A stretch of 64,000 nucleotides of DNA from NCBI GenBank assembly GCA_047600465.1, contig JASGKU010000004.1:490445-554444 (forward strand). The letters are read 5' to 3'. Position 1 is the stretch's first letter. Every line of letters begins with the position of its first letter. This document shows, in pieces, positions 1-9,262 of the stretch. The stretch is from Agriterribacter sp. (GTDB lineage Bacteria > Bacteroidota > Bacteroidia > Chitinophagales > Chitinophagaceae). The notes beneath the pieces are model-generated. The model saw only the letters and a program-made list of their open reading frames with translations. It searched no databases and was not told the origin of the DNA. Made by a program: the position numbers and the translations under genes.

Positions 1-2482
1 TTGTTTGTTTTTAGATGAGGCCCATCATGTGAAAGCCAGAACGTGGGATGCGTTTAAGAATAAGTTTCCAGCAGAAAAAATAGTTCAGTTTACGGCCACA
101 CCTTTTCGCAATGATGGCCAGCGAATCGAAGGAAGAATCATCTTCAATTTCCCTTTAAAGAAAGCCCAGGAACAAGGCTACTTTAAAAAAATACAGTTTT
201 TGCCAATTCGGGAGTACGAAAGAGATAAGGCTGATATACTAATCGCTCAACTTGCAATTCAACGATTACGTGAAGACATCGCCGCCGGCTACGAGCATAT
301 ATTAATGGCGCGTTGTGAAAACAAAGAGAGAGCAAATATGGTGTACGAGCTATATCGTACCGAGGCGGACTTGAAACCTGTTCTGTTATATTCGGGTGTA
401 CTTGGCTTCAGGGAATCCTATGAGCGAATTTTAAGTAAAGAAGCACGTATTATAGTGTGTGTAGATATGCTTGGCGAAGGTTTTGATTTGCCGGAACTAA
501 AAATTGCGGCTTTTCATGATATCAGAAAAAGCTTGCCGATTACATTGCAATTTGCGGGGAGGTTTACTCGCTCCAGTCATGATGCAGTTTTAGGTCAAGC
601 ATCTTTTATCGCCAATATTGCTGACTTAACAGTTCGCGCTGAACTTGCCGAACTATATGCGTTGGATGCTGATTGGAATCAAATTTTGTCAGATACTAGT
701 TTCGGAAGAATTGAAGAAGAGGAGGACTACAAAAATCTGATGAACGGATTCCCTAAAATAAATACTGCACAGATACCCTTTCATACTATAGATGTAAGCA
801 TGAGTGCCGTAGTCTTCCGAAACAAGACCACCGAATGGTTCCCGTTGAATTTTAAGTCGGCTATCACAAAATATGATGAGCTTGACTATAAATTTTATGA
901 CCTCAACCGAAATGATAAACTACTTATTATTATTACAGCCCGCAAAGAAGATGTGGACTGGATCGATGCTAAGGATATGTTTTTTGTCGACTGGCAGTAT
1001 TTATTGATTTTCTGGGAAACCCGAAATAATTTGTTGTTCATTAACAGTTCGGACAATGGTAGCCTATACTCAGATTTGGCAGAAGCCATTATTGGGGAAA
1101 ATGCTGAACTCATACGAGGAATCAACGTATTTCGCACATTCGCAAACCTGAAACGCACAAGATTGCAAAATGTTGGACTTAAGTACCACCTTGGAAAGAA
1201 TGAACGCTTCAGAATGAGTGTGGGAAGTGATGTTGCGGAAGCTTTAGCCATTGCCGAACGACAAAAAGGAGAGAAGGCTTTTGTAATGGGCGTCGGTTAT
1301 GAAGAAGGAGAATCAGTAAATATTGGCGCTTCTTATAAAGGGCGCGTTTGGTCAAAACTGTCGGGCGACTTTAAAGATTTTATTGAATGGTGCACTGCTG
1401 TCGGAAATAAATTGGCAGATGAATCAATCGATCCTAATCAAATCCTTAGAGAAACTCTTATTCCTGTCCAAGTAACGGCGGTTCCAGCCTTAATGCCCGT
1501 ATGGATAGATTGGGATATTGATTTGTATATCTCCCACGAAACAAAGTTTAAGTTTATTGTTGATGGTAAAAAAACAGATGTTTCAACTACAGATATTGAG
1601 TTATTCAATCCAACGCTAGGGGGTGATATTGAATTTAATCTTGTTACTCTTGATACAATTGTACATTTTAGAATAGCACTATTCGAAAATACTTCCGATC
1701 CAGAAAATCGCTATCCAGATTTCAAAATTGAGTTGATTGGGACTAGTAGTGTTGACGTCATAGTCGGAACCCGAGTAATTTCTGCCGTCAAGTTTTTTGA
1801 GGAATTCACTCCGACTGTATGGTTTGCGGATGGCTCATCATTAACAGGCAATGACTATATTCAATTATTGCAAAGCATCGGTCAGTTCCGTGTGGACAAA
1901 TTAATTGCGTGGGACTGGACAGGAGTTGACATTAGCAAAGAGTCGCAGGGCGTTCATCCAAAAAGAACGGACTCTATTCAATATAAGGTAATTCAGCATT
2001 TGGTTTTGTGTGATGTTGATATAGTGTACGATGATGATTATAGTGGTGAAATCGCAGATGTCGTTACATTGAAATATGAAACAGACAAGATTAAGATAAA
2101 TTTATATCATTTAAAATTTGCATTGGATGGTAAGGTCAGCAACCAAATCAAAAATTTCTACGAAGTTTGCGGGCAGGCACAAAAATCCGTTCACTGGAGA
2201 CACAAGGAAGGGACAGAATTTATTAACCATTTATTGCGTCGCGAAACAAAAGTAAAAAATGGTCAGTCCTGTTCACGCATTCAAAAAGGCTCAAAAAGGG
2301 ATATTGAAAAATTACTGAAGATTGTAAAGAATGAAATACCAGTTGAGTTTGAAGTTTTCATCGTTCAACCAGGAGCTTCCGTTAGTGCAGTGAGTAACGA
2401 CATATTGATGTTATTGGGCGTTACAGAAAACTTTCTAAAAGAAGTAGGAGGTATTAATTTACAAGTGATTTTGAATTCGTAA
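1..2482 (+). CDS. SF2 (DEAD/DEAH, ResIII-like) helicase with C-terminal putative nuclease domain; 5'-truncated by the window
   Basis: Motifs DEAHH (II), TATP (III), VCVDMLGEGFD (V) and QFAGRFTR (VI). The C-terminal DDDYSGEIADVV...HLK...YEVCGQAQKS resembles a PD-(D/E)XK-type fold. Confidence 0.85.
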   Translation, partial: CLFLDEAHHVKARTWDAFKNKFPAEKIVQFTATPFRNDGQRIEGRIIFNFPLKKAQEQGYFKKIQFLPIREYERDKADILIAQLAIQRLREDIAAGYEHILMARCENKERANMVYELYRTEADLKPVLLYSGVLGFRESYERILSKEARIIVCVDMLGEGFDLPELKIAAFHDIRKSLPITLQFAGRFTRSSHDAVLGQASFIANIADLTVRAELAELYALDADWNQILSDTSFGRIEEEEDYKNLMNGFPKINTAQIPFHTIDVSMSAVVFRNKTTEWFPLNFKSAITKYDELDYKFYDLNRNDKLLIIITARKEDVDWIDAKDMFFVDWQYLLIFWETRNNLLFINSSDNGSLYSDLAEAIIGENAELIRGINVFRTFANLKRTRLQNVGLKYHLGKNERFRMSVGSDVAEALAIAERQKGEKAFVMGVGYEEGESVNIGASYKGRVWSKLSGDFKDFIEWCTAVGNKLADESIDPNQILRETLIPVQVTAVPALMPVWIDWDIDLYISHETKFKFIVDGKKTDVSTTDIELFNPTLGGDIEFNLVTLDTIVHFRIALFENTSDPENRYPDFKIELIGTSSVDVIVGTRVISAVKFFEEFTPTVWFADGSSLTGNDYIQLLQSIGQFRVDKLIAWDWTGVDISKESQGVHPKRTDSIQYKVIQHLVLCDVDIVYDDDYSGEIADVVTLKYETDKIKINLYHLKFALDGKVSNQIKNFYEVCGQAQKSVHWRHKEGTEFINHLLRRETKVKNGQSCSRIQKGSKRDIEKLLKIVKNEIPVEFEVFIVQPGASVSAVSNDILMLLGVTENFLKEVGGINLQVILNS

Positions 2483-2895
2483 GTATAAAAGCCTTGTATC
2501 TATGCCACTTAATTAGTTAAATAGTATCTAGTTTGAAAATTAATATAGTCTTCCCACAATTACTTTTTTGACCAATCAGTAAATTAATGCTCTCAGAACT
2601 TTTGAGGCTTCCGTCAATTGAAATGAAGCCAAATACGAAATACTATAATTGAAAATTGTATTTTCCATATGATCTGTTGATCATTTCGATAATTAATACG
2701 ATACCTAGTAAACCGATTATTTCATGCACACTTAAACTCATTATCGAGGTTAAAAAGCTTTAAATATTTGTTAACCGGAAATTTTCTAAAATCTTCTGAA
2801 GGTATTTAGCATATGACAATCTATTCTTTAGAAATGTGTTGAACCACGAAGGCTATCGGATTCACAGAATTTTAATTTTCAAAAAATCCCATTTA

Positions 2896-4737
2896 TTAAA
2901 TTTCCGCTGCCTCACTCTCCGAAAACCCCGCCCTTCCCGACCATTTACTCCTATACCCATTTTCACCCGACTTTGTTCTCATAGACTCATCTGTTTGTAA
3001 CAAGATTCCAAAAGGTATATCCGGACTGATTTCCTGCTTTTGTTTTATGCGGAGCGTTTTGAGATGAGAAATAGTTAACCCTAATGAACTCTTGATGATA
3101 GAAAAGCGCCTGGCACGATCTATAAAATACATATAACATTCACTACGGTGGTGACTCCAGTCAGAGAGATTAGTTAGAGATGCTTCTATCTTTATCCATG
3201 CGGTTTCAAGCCATTCCTCGTCAAGGGTTTTATAATAATACTTCAGACATTCATCTGTACATAGTTCAATCGCTTTCTCTCGTTCTAATACTATTTTCCT
3301 TCTGCCGGTATGGAATTTAAATAAGCCGGAATAATAAGCAAAAGTCTGCGAGTCTACCCAGGCAATATTATCTACATGGCAATGGTGATGATCCCTGTCT
3401 TTAAAAATGATGTGAACATGGCTACGCGGATTAGGCAGAAAATGTATTGCTACAAGCGTAGCAAGCCCAAGGCATTTATATTCTCCGCTTCCTGCTTCAG
3501 TAGGTTTTAACCGGATGATAAGCGCTTTACCTTTTCTTATGTTGGGCTTAAGCAGCCTGTTTCCTTTATAAACGGTTCCCGAAGGCGTGATATAATAGCC
3601 AACAAACCCTTGTACCGGTATTCTTTCAGGATCTATCCAAACTGTTTTTGTCTTTTTAACCTGTGTAACTCCAAGCAGCTCATCGCTTGATCTGTTACGG
3701 TGCTTACGGCTATAAAAGTCATCTCTACTTAGCCACCGTAGATTTTCTATATTTATATTCCTTTTGTCTCCGTCTTTAAAAATCACATGTTCAAACCCTT
3801 GCGGGTTGGATATAAATGCTGTTGCCACAAGCCTGGCAACTGTTATTAGTTTTTTGTTGGCATATCCATCTCTCAGTTCTACCCTTTCCGCTTTTCCTTT
3901 GCTTCTTTTTTTACAGAGTATCCTGTCCTGAAAATATACTGTACCGTCTTTAGTAACGTAATAATCTTCATAACCCGCAACAGGTTTTCTATTTGGATCA
4001 ATTTCTGTAGTTCTTCTGCCAAAATCAGGATTTTTTTTAAAGGAGCGTAGGTAGTTATTATATTCTTTACCGTTTACCCATCCAATGTTTTCTACTGTGC
4101 AGTTCTGTTTGTTTCTGTCTTTGAATATCACATAACGGTATTTTTCAGGGTTGGGCAGAAAGGTAGTAGCTACCAGCTTTGCTAAACCAAATGATCTTGA
4201 ATTTCCATTCGCTGATAGTGTAATCACAAGAGATTTACCGTTATTTAGATTTGATGGGTTAACGATCCTGTTATTTTTATATATCTTACCCGATGTTGAA
4301 ATATAATAACCGGGATAGCCTTCAATCTCCACGGTACCGGGTTCGTGTTCAACTGTAGCAGCGTGAGAGTTCTTTTTATCTTTTCGCCTTGCTTTTTGAA
4401 TGACGTTTTTTTCTTCGTTAAACCATTCCTTGTCTTTAAAAAGTGTACCATGGGCAAAAGCTCTATCACTAATCCATTCAATATTGCTTACGCAGCAGTT
4501 GTATTTATTGCCGTCTTTAAAAGCGATCCTGGAGTACCTATTGGGGTTAGGAATAAAATGACTGGCTAATAAAGTGGCAAGCCCCAACTCGCGTTTAATG
4601 GTTCCCGTTTTCAGTTTTACTTTTACAGCCCGTCCTTTTTTCACGAGTAGCTTTGTCTCTTCCTCATAATAATATATTTTTCCAATAGGGCTGATGCTAT
4701 AACCGGGGTAACCTTTTACAGGTATTGTGCCGGGCAT
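2896..4737 (-). CDS. Protein with four tandem NUMOD4/HNH-like repeats (catalytic His absent) and a C-terminal helical region
   Basis: Four copies of G(Y/F)xxYxI/VxxxGxI/VY...L(V/L)AxxF(I/L)xNP...(I/A)FKDx(N/D)xxxxxxxN(I/L)xW. The ATG at 4737 is chosen over the upstream TTG. Confidence 0.8.
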   Translation of the reverse strand: MPGTIPVKGYPGYSISPIGKIYYYEEETKLLVKKGRAVKVKLKTGTIKRELGLATLLASHFIPNPNRYSRIAFKDGNKYNCCVSNIEWISDRAFAHGTLFKDKEWFNEEKNVIQKARRKDKKNSHAATVEHEPGTVEIEGYPGYYISTSGKIYKNNRIVNPSNLNNGKSLVITLSANGNSRSFGLAKLVATTFLPNPEKYRYVIFKDRNKQNCTVENIGWVNGKEYNNYLRSFKKNPDFGRRTTEIDPNRKPVAGYEDYYVTKDGTVYFQDRILCKKRSKGKAERVELRDGYANKKLITVARLVATAFISNPQGFEHVIFKDGDKRNINIENLRWLSRDDFYSRKHRNRSSDELLGVTQVKKTKTVWIDPERIPVQGFVGYYITPSGTVYKGNRLLKPNIRKGKALIIRLKPTEAGSGEYKCLGLATLVAIHFLPNPRSHVHIIFKDRDHHHCHVDNIAWVDSQTFAYYSGLFKFHTGRRKIVLEREKAIELCTDECLKYYYKTLDEEWLETAWIKIEASLTNLSDWSHHRSECYMYFIDRARRFSIIKSSLGLTISHLKTLRIKQKQEISPDIPFGILLQTDESMRTKSGENGYRSKWSGRAGFSESEAAEI

Positions 4738-4810
4738 ATGAGTATTGCCAGAGATGATCATTTTGCAATAAACCCAACAGGCACTTAAAGACAAATTTTA
4801 CAAAAGCATA

Positions 4811-4863
4811 TCGTATACCTGTACACGACATATCATATCCGTATATGATATCCACTAATTTTG
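4811..4863. promoter_or_regulatory. Divergent promoter/operator region between the HNH-repeat gene and the XRE regulator
   Basis: Palindromes TCGTATACCTGTACACGA (imperfect) and ATATCATATccgtATATGATAT-like. A TAATTTTG box at 4856-4863 matches the Bacteroidota -7 consensus. Confidence 0.6.
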
Positions 4864-4892
4864 TATTTTAGCTGATAGAAAATAAATACATT

Positions 4893-5306
4893 ATGAGTGC
4901 AACAACAGAACCTGGCAAAGTGCATTTGGGTAGAAACATTAAAAGGATCAGGGAGATTTTAAAAGTAAAGCAACAAACCCTGGCAACCCAATTAGGAGAA
5001 GACTGGAACCAGAAAAAAATATCTCAACTGGAAGATAAAGAGGTGATTGATGACGCATTAATCGCAGAAGTAGCAAAAGCGCTTAATGTGCCTGTTGAAG
5101 CGATTAAAGAATATGATGAACAGTCTCATATTCTCAACATTCAGAACAATTATGACGGATCAAATTCCGGTGTATCAAACGTCGCAGTTCAAAATTATCA
5201 ATGCACATTTAATCCCATTGATAAAATTATCGATCTATTTGAGCAGTTGTTGAAGAGCGAAAGAGAAAAGATTGAACTCCTTCAAAAACTTTTGGATAAA
5301 AAGTAA
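4893..5306 (+). CDS. XRE-family helix-turn-helix transcriptional regulator
   Basis: HLGRNIKRIREILKVKQQTLA...WNQKKISQLE; C-terminal FNPIDKI...LLKSEREK is typical of Bacteroidota XRE proteins. Confidence 0.9.
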   Translation: MSATTEPGKVHLGRNIKRIREILKVKQQTLATQLGEDWNQKKISQLEDKEVIDDALIAEVAKALNVPVEAIKEYDEQSHILNIQNNYDGSNSGVSNVAVQNYQCTFNPIDKIIDLFEQLLKSEREKIELLQKLLDKK

Positions 5307-5648
5307 CTTTCTGTAAAAAGCTTTAGAAGTAATACTTCTCAAAAAATCTTATTGTCCAGATTATTACGAATCAAATTATTTTTCCCGCTTAAGAAACTAT
5401 TCAAAAAAAAGCATCCTGCGAAATGGCGATCAAGAGATTCACGCTTAACAATTGAGATTCTCGTTGCCAAATAGGAGATTCGAATGACGAACACGGCAAT
5501 TGTCAGGACAAAAAATAAAACTGATTCGATCCGGCATCAAGCTGTTTTCTTTTGCGGGCTTTCTACTTCCCCAAACATCAATATTCAGTTGCTTTCAACA
5601 AACTTGTTCATTTCCTCGAAGAAATTTTGATGACGATAGTAACAAAAT

Positions 5649-5801
5649 TCATGAACTCCATCCTATTTTATAGAACACAAACAGTAATAATAGTCCGGTT
5701 CCGATCGATATTAAAATGTTGAGGCGGTTGTCTAATATCCACTCCCAGGATGTTCTTGTTTTATCATCTACATATTCCGAATCTTCATTTGTTAGTGGCA
5801 T
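5649..5801 (-). CDS. Small 50-aa putative membrane protein (below the ORF-track cutoff)
   Basis: MPLTNEDSEYVDDKTRTSWEWILDNRLNILISIGTGLLLLFVFYKIGWSS, with an AT-rich leader and one hydrophobic segment. Confidence 0.45.
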   Translation of the reverse strand: MPLTNEDSEYVDDKTRTSWEWILDNRLNILISIGTGLLLLFVFYKIGWSS

Positions 5802-6049
5802 GATTTATATTTAATTCTTTATTTACAATTGCGAGCTTCGAGTCGATTAGAATAAGGTAGACGCTTCCTGACAAATAAATATAATACAGATAATTATAAG
5901 TTTTGAGCTTTCAACACAAAATTGATATTTGAAAACTTTTCCCGTAGGACTTAATCGGTAGAAGGATATGTGTTATAAAACCAAGATGGAATGGTCAAAT
6001 CATATCATAAATGGTGTTCCGTCTATCTTCTTTTAGTTTCCACTAGTCA

Positions 6050-6119
6050 CAAAAAACCCTTCAAAAAATTGAAGGGTTATCAAACTGCTATAGAAAACTA
6101 AACCAGCCACTCAAATATA
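6050..6119 (-). ncRNA. Putative mini sRNA unit (promoter + TTTTCTATAG motif + terminator hairpin)
   Basis: TATATTTG box, then GGTTTAGTTTTCTATAGCAG, then an ACCCTTCAA/TTGAAGGGT stem and T-tract; no ORF. Confidence 0.45.
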
Positions 6120-6333
6120 TTCAAAATAGTCGAAAACTTTCCATGGCATCACCAGCAGTCTGACTGTCTGATATTAAATTGACGGTTTCGATTTATATGA
6201 AACCTTAATGAAAATACAGTTAGATTATCCTATTGTAAAAGTTCTTGGAATGATTGTGCTGGATAATGAGATCCGTAGACGAAAATAAGGGCCGTGCAGC
6301 ACTTAAGGTGCTCCCCGGCTATCATTACAATGG

Positions 6334-6777
6334 CTATTTTTTCGGCTTCTGAAGAAACCCCTGCTCTTTAATATTCTTCATCCATTGATTCGCAAAATTG
6401 CAGTGTCCTTTCTGCCAAGCTTTGATAATGGTAAACTTTCCGCCTTCTATAGAAACACTTTCTTCATAAAGCCCGAGATTGTCCTGCCGGTACATCTGCG
6501 GATAGACTTCCATTAAATGATAGTCTCGCGGATCACCGCGTTTATCAATGACGAAAAAACACATTTCCGGATCGCGCATGAGGTCGCCATTTTGTGTGTA
6601 GGTGTGACTAAGACTGTAGAGATTTGCGGCTCCGTATGGTGTTGTAATATCATTAGCAATACATTCTACAGAGAGCGGCATAAATCCATCTGATGATAAC
6701 CGGATATACACTTCGTCTTTTAGTTTACTTAGTAAGTGACAAAATATTTTTGTTGCCCGTTGATTTAATTTTTGCAT
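6334..6777 (-). CDS. DUF6908/DUF1249-like mobile-element protein
   Basis: FMPLSVE...YSLSHTYTQNGDLMRDPEMCF...FANQWMKNIKEQGF motifs. Confidence 0.7.
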   Translation of the reverse strand: MQKLNQRATKIFCHLLSKLKDEVYIRLSSDGFMPLSVECIANDITTPYGAANLYSLSHTYTQNGDLMRDPEMCFFVIDKRGDPRDYHLMEVYPQMYRQDNLGLYEESVSIEGGKFTIIKAWQKGHCNFANQWMKNIKEQGFLQKPKK

Positions 6778-6788
6778 CGTTGCTATTT

Positions 6789-7295
6789 TTAATCCTGAGT
6801 AATTGTTTTTGTTACCAGTCTTGTGTGGATGGTTTCAGTGCCGTACTTGCGGCGGATTTCTTCAAGCGGTGCATTGGTGCCTCTTGTTTTAAAAACTTCT
6901 GATCTGTAATACCAGGCGACCTTTTTCGAAGCGTACAGGAAGCCGGCGTCTTTAAGTACTGTCTTAACCGGGAAAGTATTACCGGTTACCCATATCCAGT
7001 TGCCGACTACTTCGATAATAATGGCGGGTAGATGGATAATCTTTTCAATTACTTTACGGTATTCTTCGGAGAATTTCATTTGCTCGTCTGCCTGCTCGTC
7101 GGTTAAACCAGCACCTTTAGCAAGCATGACACATGCAAAAGCATATTCAGTATTGATGGCCTGCATAGTGGCTGTATCTCCTCCCAGGTCCGGATGATTT
7201 TCCTTTGCCAGTTTTTTGTAGAGGGACTTTACCTCTTCGATTGTTTTGCACTGCTGAAAAAACTTTGCAACAAATCCTGATTTTCCTGATTCCAT
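6789..7295 (-). CDS. J-domain (DnaJ-like) protein of mobile elements
   Basis: YKKLAKENHPDLGGD...MQAINTEY with the HPD motif; C-terminal EVVGNWIWVTGNT...LKDAGF...KVAWYY domain. Confidence 0.8.
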   Translation of the reverse strand: MESGKSGFVAKFFQQCKTIEEVKSLYKKLAKENHPDLGGDTATMQAINTEYAFACVMLAKGAGLTDEQADEQMKFSEEYRKVIEKIIHLPAIIIEVVGNWIWVTGNTFPVKTVLKDAGFLYASKKVAWYYRSEVFKTRGTNAPLEEIRRKYGTETIHTRLVTKTITQD

Positions 7296-7722
7296 AACTG
7301 TAAAATTTAATTGTGATAAAAATGATTAAGAGAGAAACTCCGCCTGCGGCTTCGTTTCATACTCGTAGCAACCACTTCTTATCACGGGACTTGGGAAAAG
7401 CAAGGTTTTTTGCAACAAAAAATTTTTGACCGTGGAATAAAAACAAAGTGATTATGCCGCGAAAGCAAAACCTCTCAACAAGAAGGGGTTTAATTTTTTT
7501 GCAAAAACCCGCAAGGCAAATGAGTGACAAGGATCCTCATTTGACGCAGACCTTGCTTTTACTAAGGACGGTGTAAGATCTTCGCGTCCCGAGGGAGAAA
7601 GAGGCGAAAGGTTTTGTGGGGTATAAAGTCGCACTAATAGTTGCAGATAAAAAGTGGAGGATACTATTAAAATGGATAAACAAAAAAAGTCAGATCACAG
7701 GTACATTAATAAAATACAGCTT

Positions 7723-7781
7723 AAAATATTTTCCCTCCGACCCCTTTTTTTGGGTGTAGGGGATCAAGGAAAAAATATTTA
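7723..7781. other. Imperfect inverted repeat downstream of the mob operon
   Basis: AAAATATTTTCC...GGAAAAAATATTT with inner CCCCT/AGGGG. Confidence 0.5.
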
Positions 7782-7814
7782 TACATTCAGTTTGCGATAG
7801 GCAACCTGACTACA

Positions 7815-8195
7815 CTAGTGAGGAACAAAATTTCTCAGCAATAAAAAACTATAAGTAGTAATAAGCATATAGAGCAACCAGCGGAGGATTGTTCCATAAT
7901 ATTCCTTCGCCTGATGCTCTGGGAAGAATAAATATCGTTTCTCGTATGTCAACTGCTTCGGTTGCTGCGCTATGATTTTTTTTATTTCTTCCGTATATGT
8001 CCGCATGATGATGTGCATCTGAGCACCGTCTATGCCTGACTGCTGCGATTGCAATCCATCCAGTCGCTTATCAAAATCTTTTACAGTCCTGGTTAATTCC
8101 CCCACAGCTTTTTGTAAGGCATTTGCTTCCTTATTGTACGCCGACTGCTCAGACAGTATTTCATTCAACAGGATTTTTATTTCTTCATCTTCCAT
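7815..8195 (-). CDS. Coiled-coil membrane-anchored hypothetical protein downstream of the relaxase
   Basis: Heptad-rich N-terminus, C-terminal hydrophobic helix, positioned in the mob operon. Confidence 0.7.
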   Translation of the reverse strand: MEDEEIKILLNEILSEQSAYNKEANALQKAVGELTRTVKDFDKRLDGLQSQQSGIDGAQMHIIMRTYTEEIKKIIAQQPKQLTYEKRYLFFPEHQAKEYYGTILRWLLYMLITTYSFLLLRNFVPH

Positions 8196-8221
8196 TCACG
8201 TATCGTTTATCGTTTAAAAAT

Positions 8222-9262
8222 TTAAGGTCGCGGCTTTTTCTTCCGGCGTCTTTTTATTTCCTCTTTTGTAAGTTCCTGGTTAATGCTCTGTTGTTCTCCT
8301 GCGTCACTACCCGTGAGAACATCCAATGCTTTTTGTATCAGGCTTCCAGGCTTCGAAGTGCCTTTATCTTCAAGTTGGATGTCCTTAGTGATTGTCGGCG
8401 ATTGCTTTTTGTCAGCTTGTCCGGGTACAGCTGCTGAATCAGATGATGCCTTATGCTGTTCAGCCGGTCCTATTTTTCTAACAGCGCTCATCTCCATTTG
8501 CTGTAACACATTTTTTTTCTGACCTGGGTTTAACTGCAGGATCCTTTCGATCACGCTCAAAGAAAATCGAACCGCACTTCCTTTCGTATACACTTTTTGC
8601 GGGTCCCGGAAAGCGATGCCCCTGGATTTGATTACTTCATATTGTAATTGTTTCATTTTTTGTTCAAACGCCTCATAGGTATTTGATGTCCCAAGGCTTT
8701 GAATAATATCTTTTTTCAATTGCTCTTTTCGCCTGTCCCGTCTCAATATATCTCGCTGCTCTTTTGATAAAAACTTTTTCGGATTCAGCACTTTTTGAAG
8801 TCCATACTTTGTTTCCATGCGGCGGCAACAGTCAGCCATCCTTTTATAATTATTGCTATCGCTTAGGGTTTTGCCGTTAAATCCAACACGGTTTACGATA
8901 ATATGAAGGTGCTGATGACTGGTATCGGTATGCTCGACTGCAATAAACTGGTGCTTGTCAAAGTCCATTTCCTTTGCAAAGTCTTCCACTAGTTCCGTGA
9001 GTTGATGAGCAGGTAATTTTTCATTGGGTGCAAAACTCAGCGTGATATGCTGTACAGGGTTTGACAACTTTTTATTTAGTTGTCTCACCTCACTGAATTG
9101 TTTGATCAGTTCTCTTTCATTACCAAAGCATTGATTGAAGAGTAGTATTTCAGCTCTGCTTTTTATAAGCTGCCCAGGTTTGTTTTTATTTTCGAGCTTA
9201 TCATTCAGACAATATTTAATACAGCCGCTGAAAGATTTGCCGGTAATAATCTTTCCGATCAT
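8222..9262 (-). CDS. Relaxase/mobilisation nuclease (MOBP/VirD2-like)
   Basis: MIGKIITGKSF..IKY, HITLSF, HTDTSHQHLHIIVNRV (HUH motif). Confidence 0.93.
   Translation of the reverse strand: MIGKIITGKSFSGCIKYCLNDKLENKNKPGQLIKSRAEILLFNQCFGNERELIKQFSEVRQLNKKLSNPVQHITLSFAPNEKLPAHQLTELVEDFAKEMDFDKHQFIAVEHTDTSHQHLHIIVNRVGFNGKTLSDSNNYKRMADCCRRMETKYGLQKVLNPKKFLSKEQRDILRRDRRKEQLKKDIIQSLGTSNTYEAFEQKMKQLQYEVIKSRGIAFRDPQKVYTKGSAVRFSLSVIERILQLNPGQKKNVLQQMEMSAVRKIGPAEQHKASSDSAAVPGQADKKQSPTITKDIQLEDKGTSKPGSLIQKALDVLTGSDAGEQQSINQELTKEEIKRRRKKKPRP

Larger units (their letters stand above)
6334..7620 (-). repeat. Copy 1 of a ~1.25 kb duplicated module (DUF6908-like + J-domain + structured leader)
   Basis: Long near-identical stretches shared with 53370-54610, e.g. 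GGATCCTCATTTGACGCAGACCTTGCTTTTACTAAGGACGGTGTAAGATCTTCGCG. Confidence 0.95.

Noticed and set aside
2896-4737. Active homing endonuclease
   Set aside because: The conserved catalytic His is replaced in all four repeats, and no host intron or intein is visible.
7452-7634. 60-aa ORF (and its counterpart at 54439-54639) as a conserved protein
   Set aside because: The N-termini and frames differ between copies; the conservation is better explained by the structured non-coding leader.
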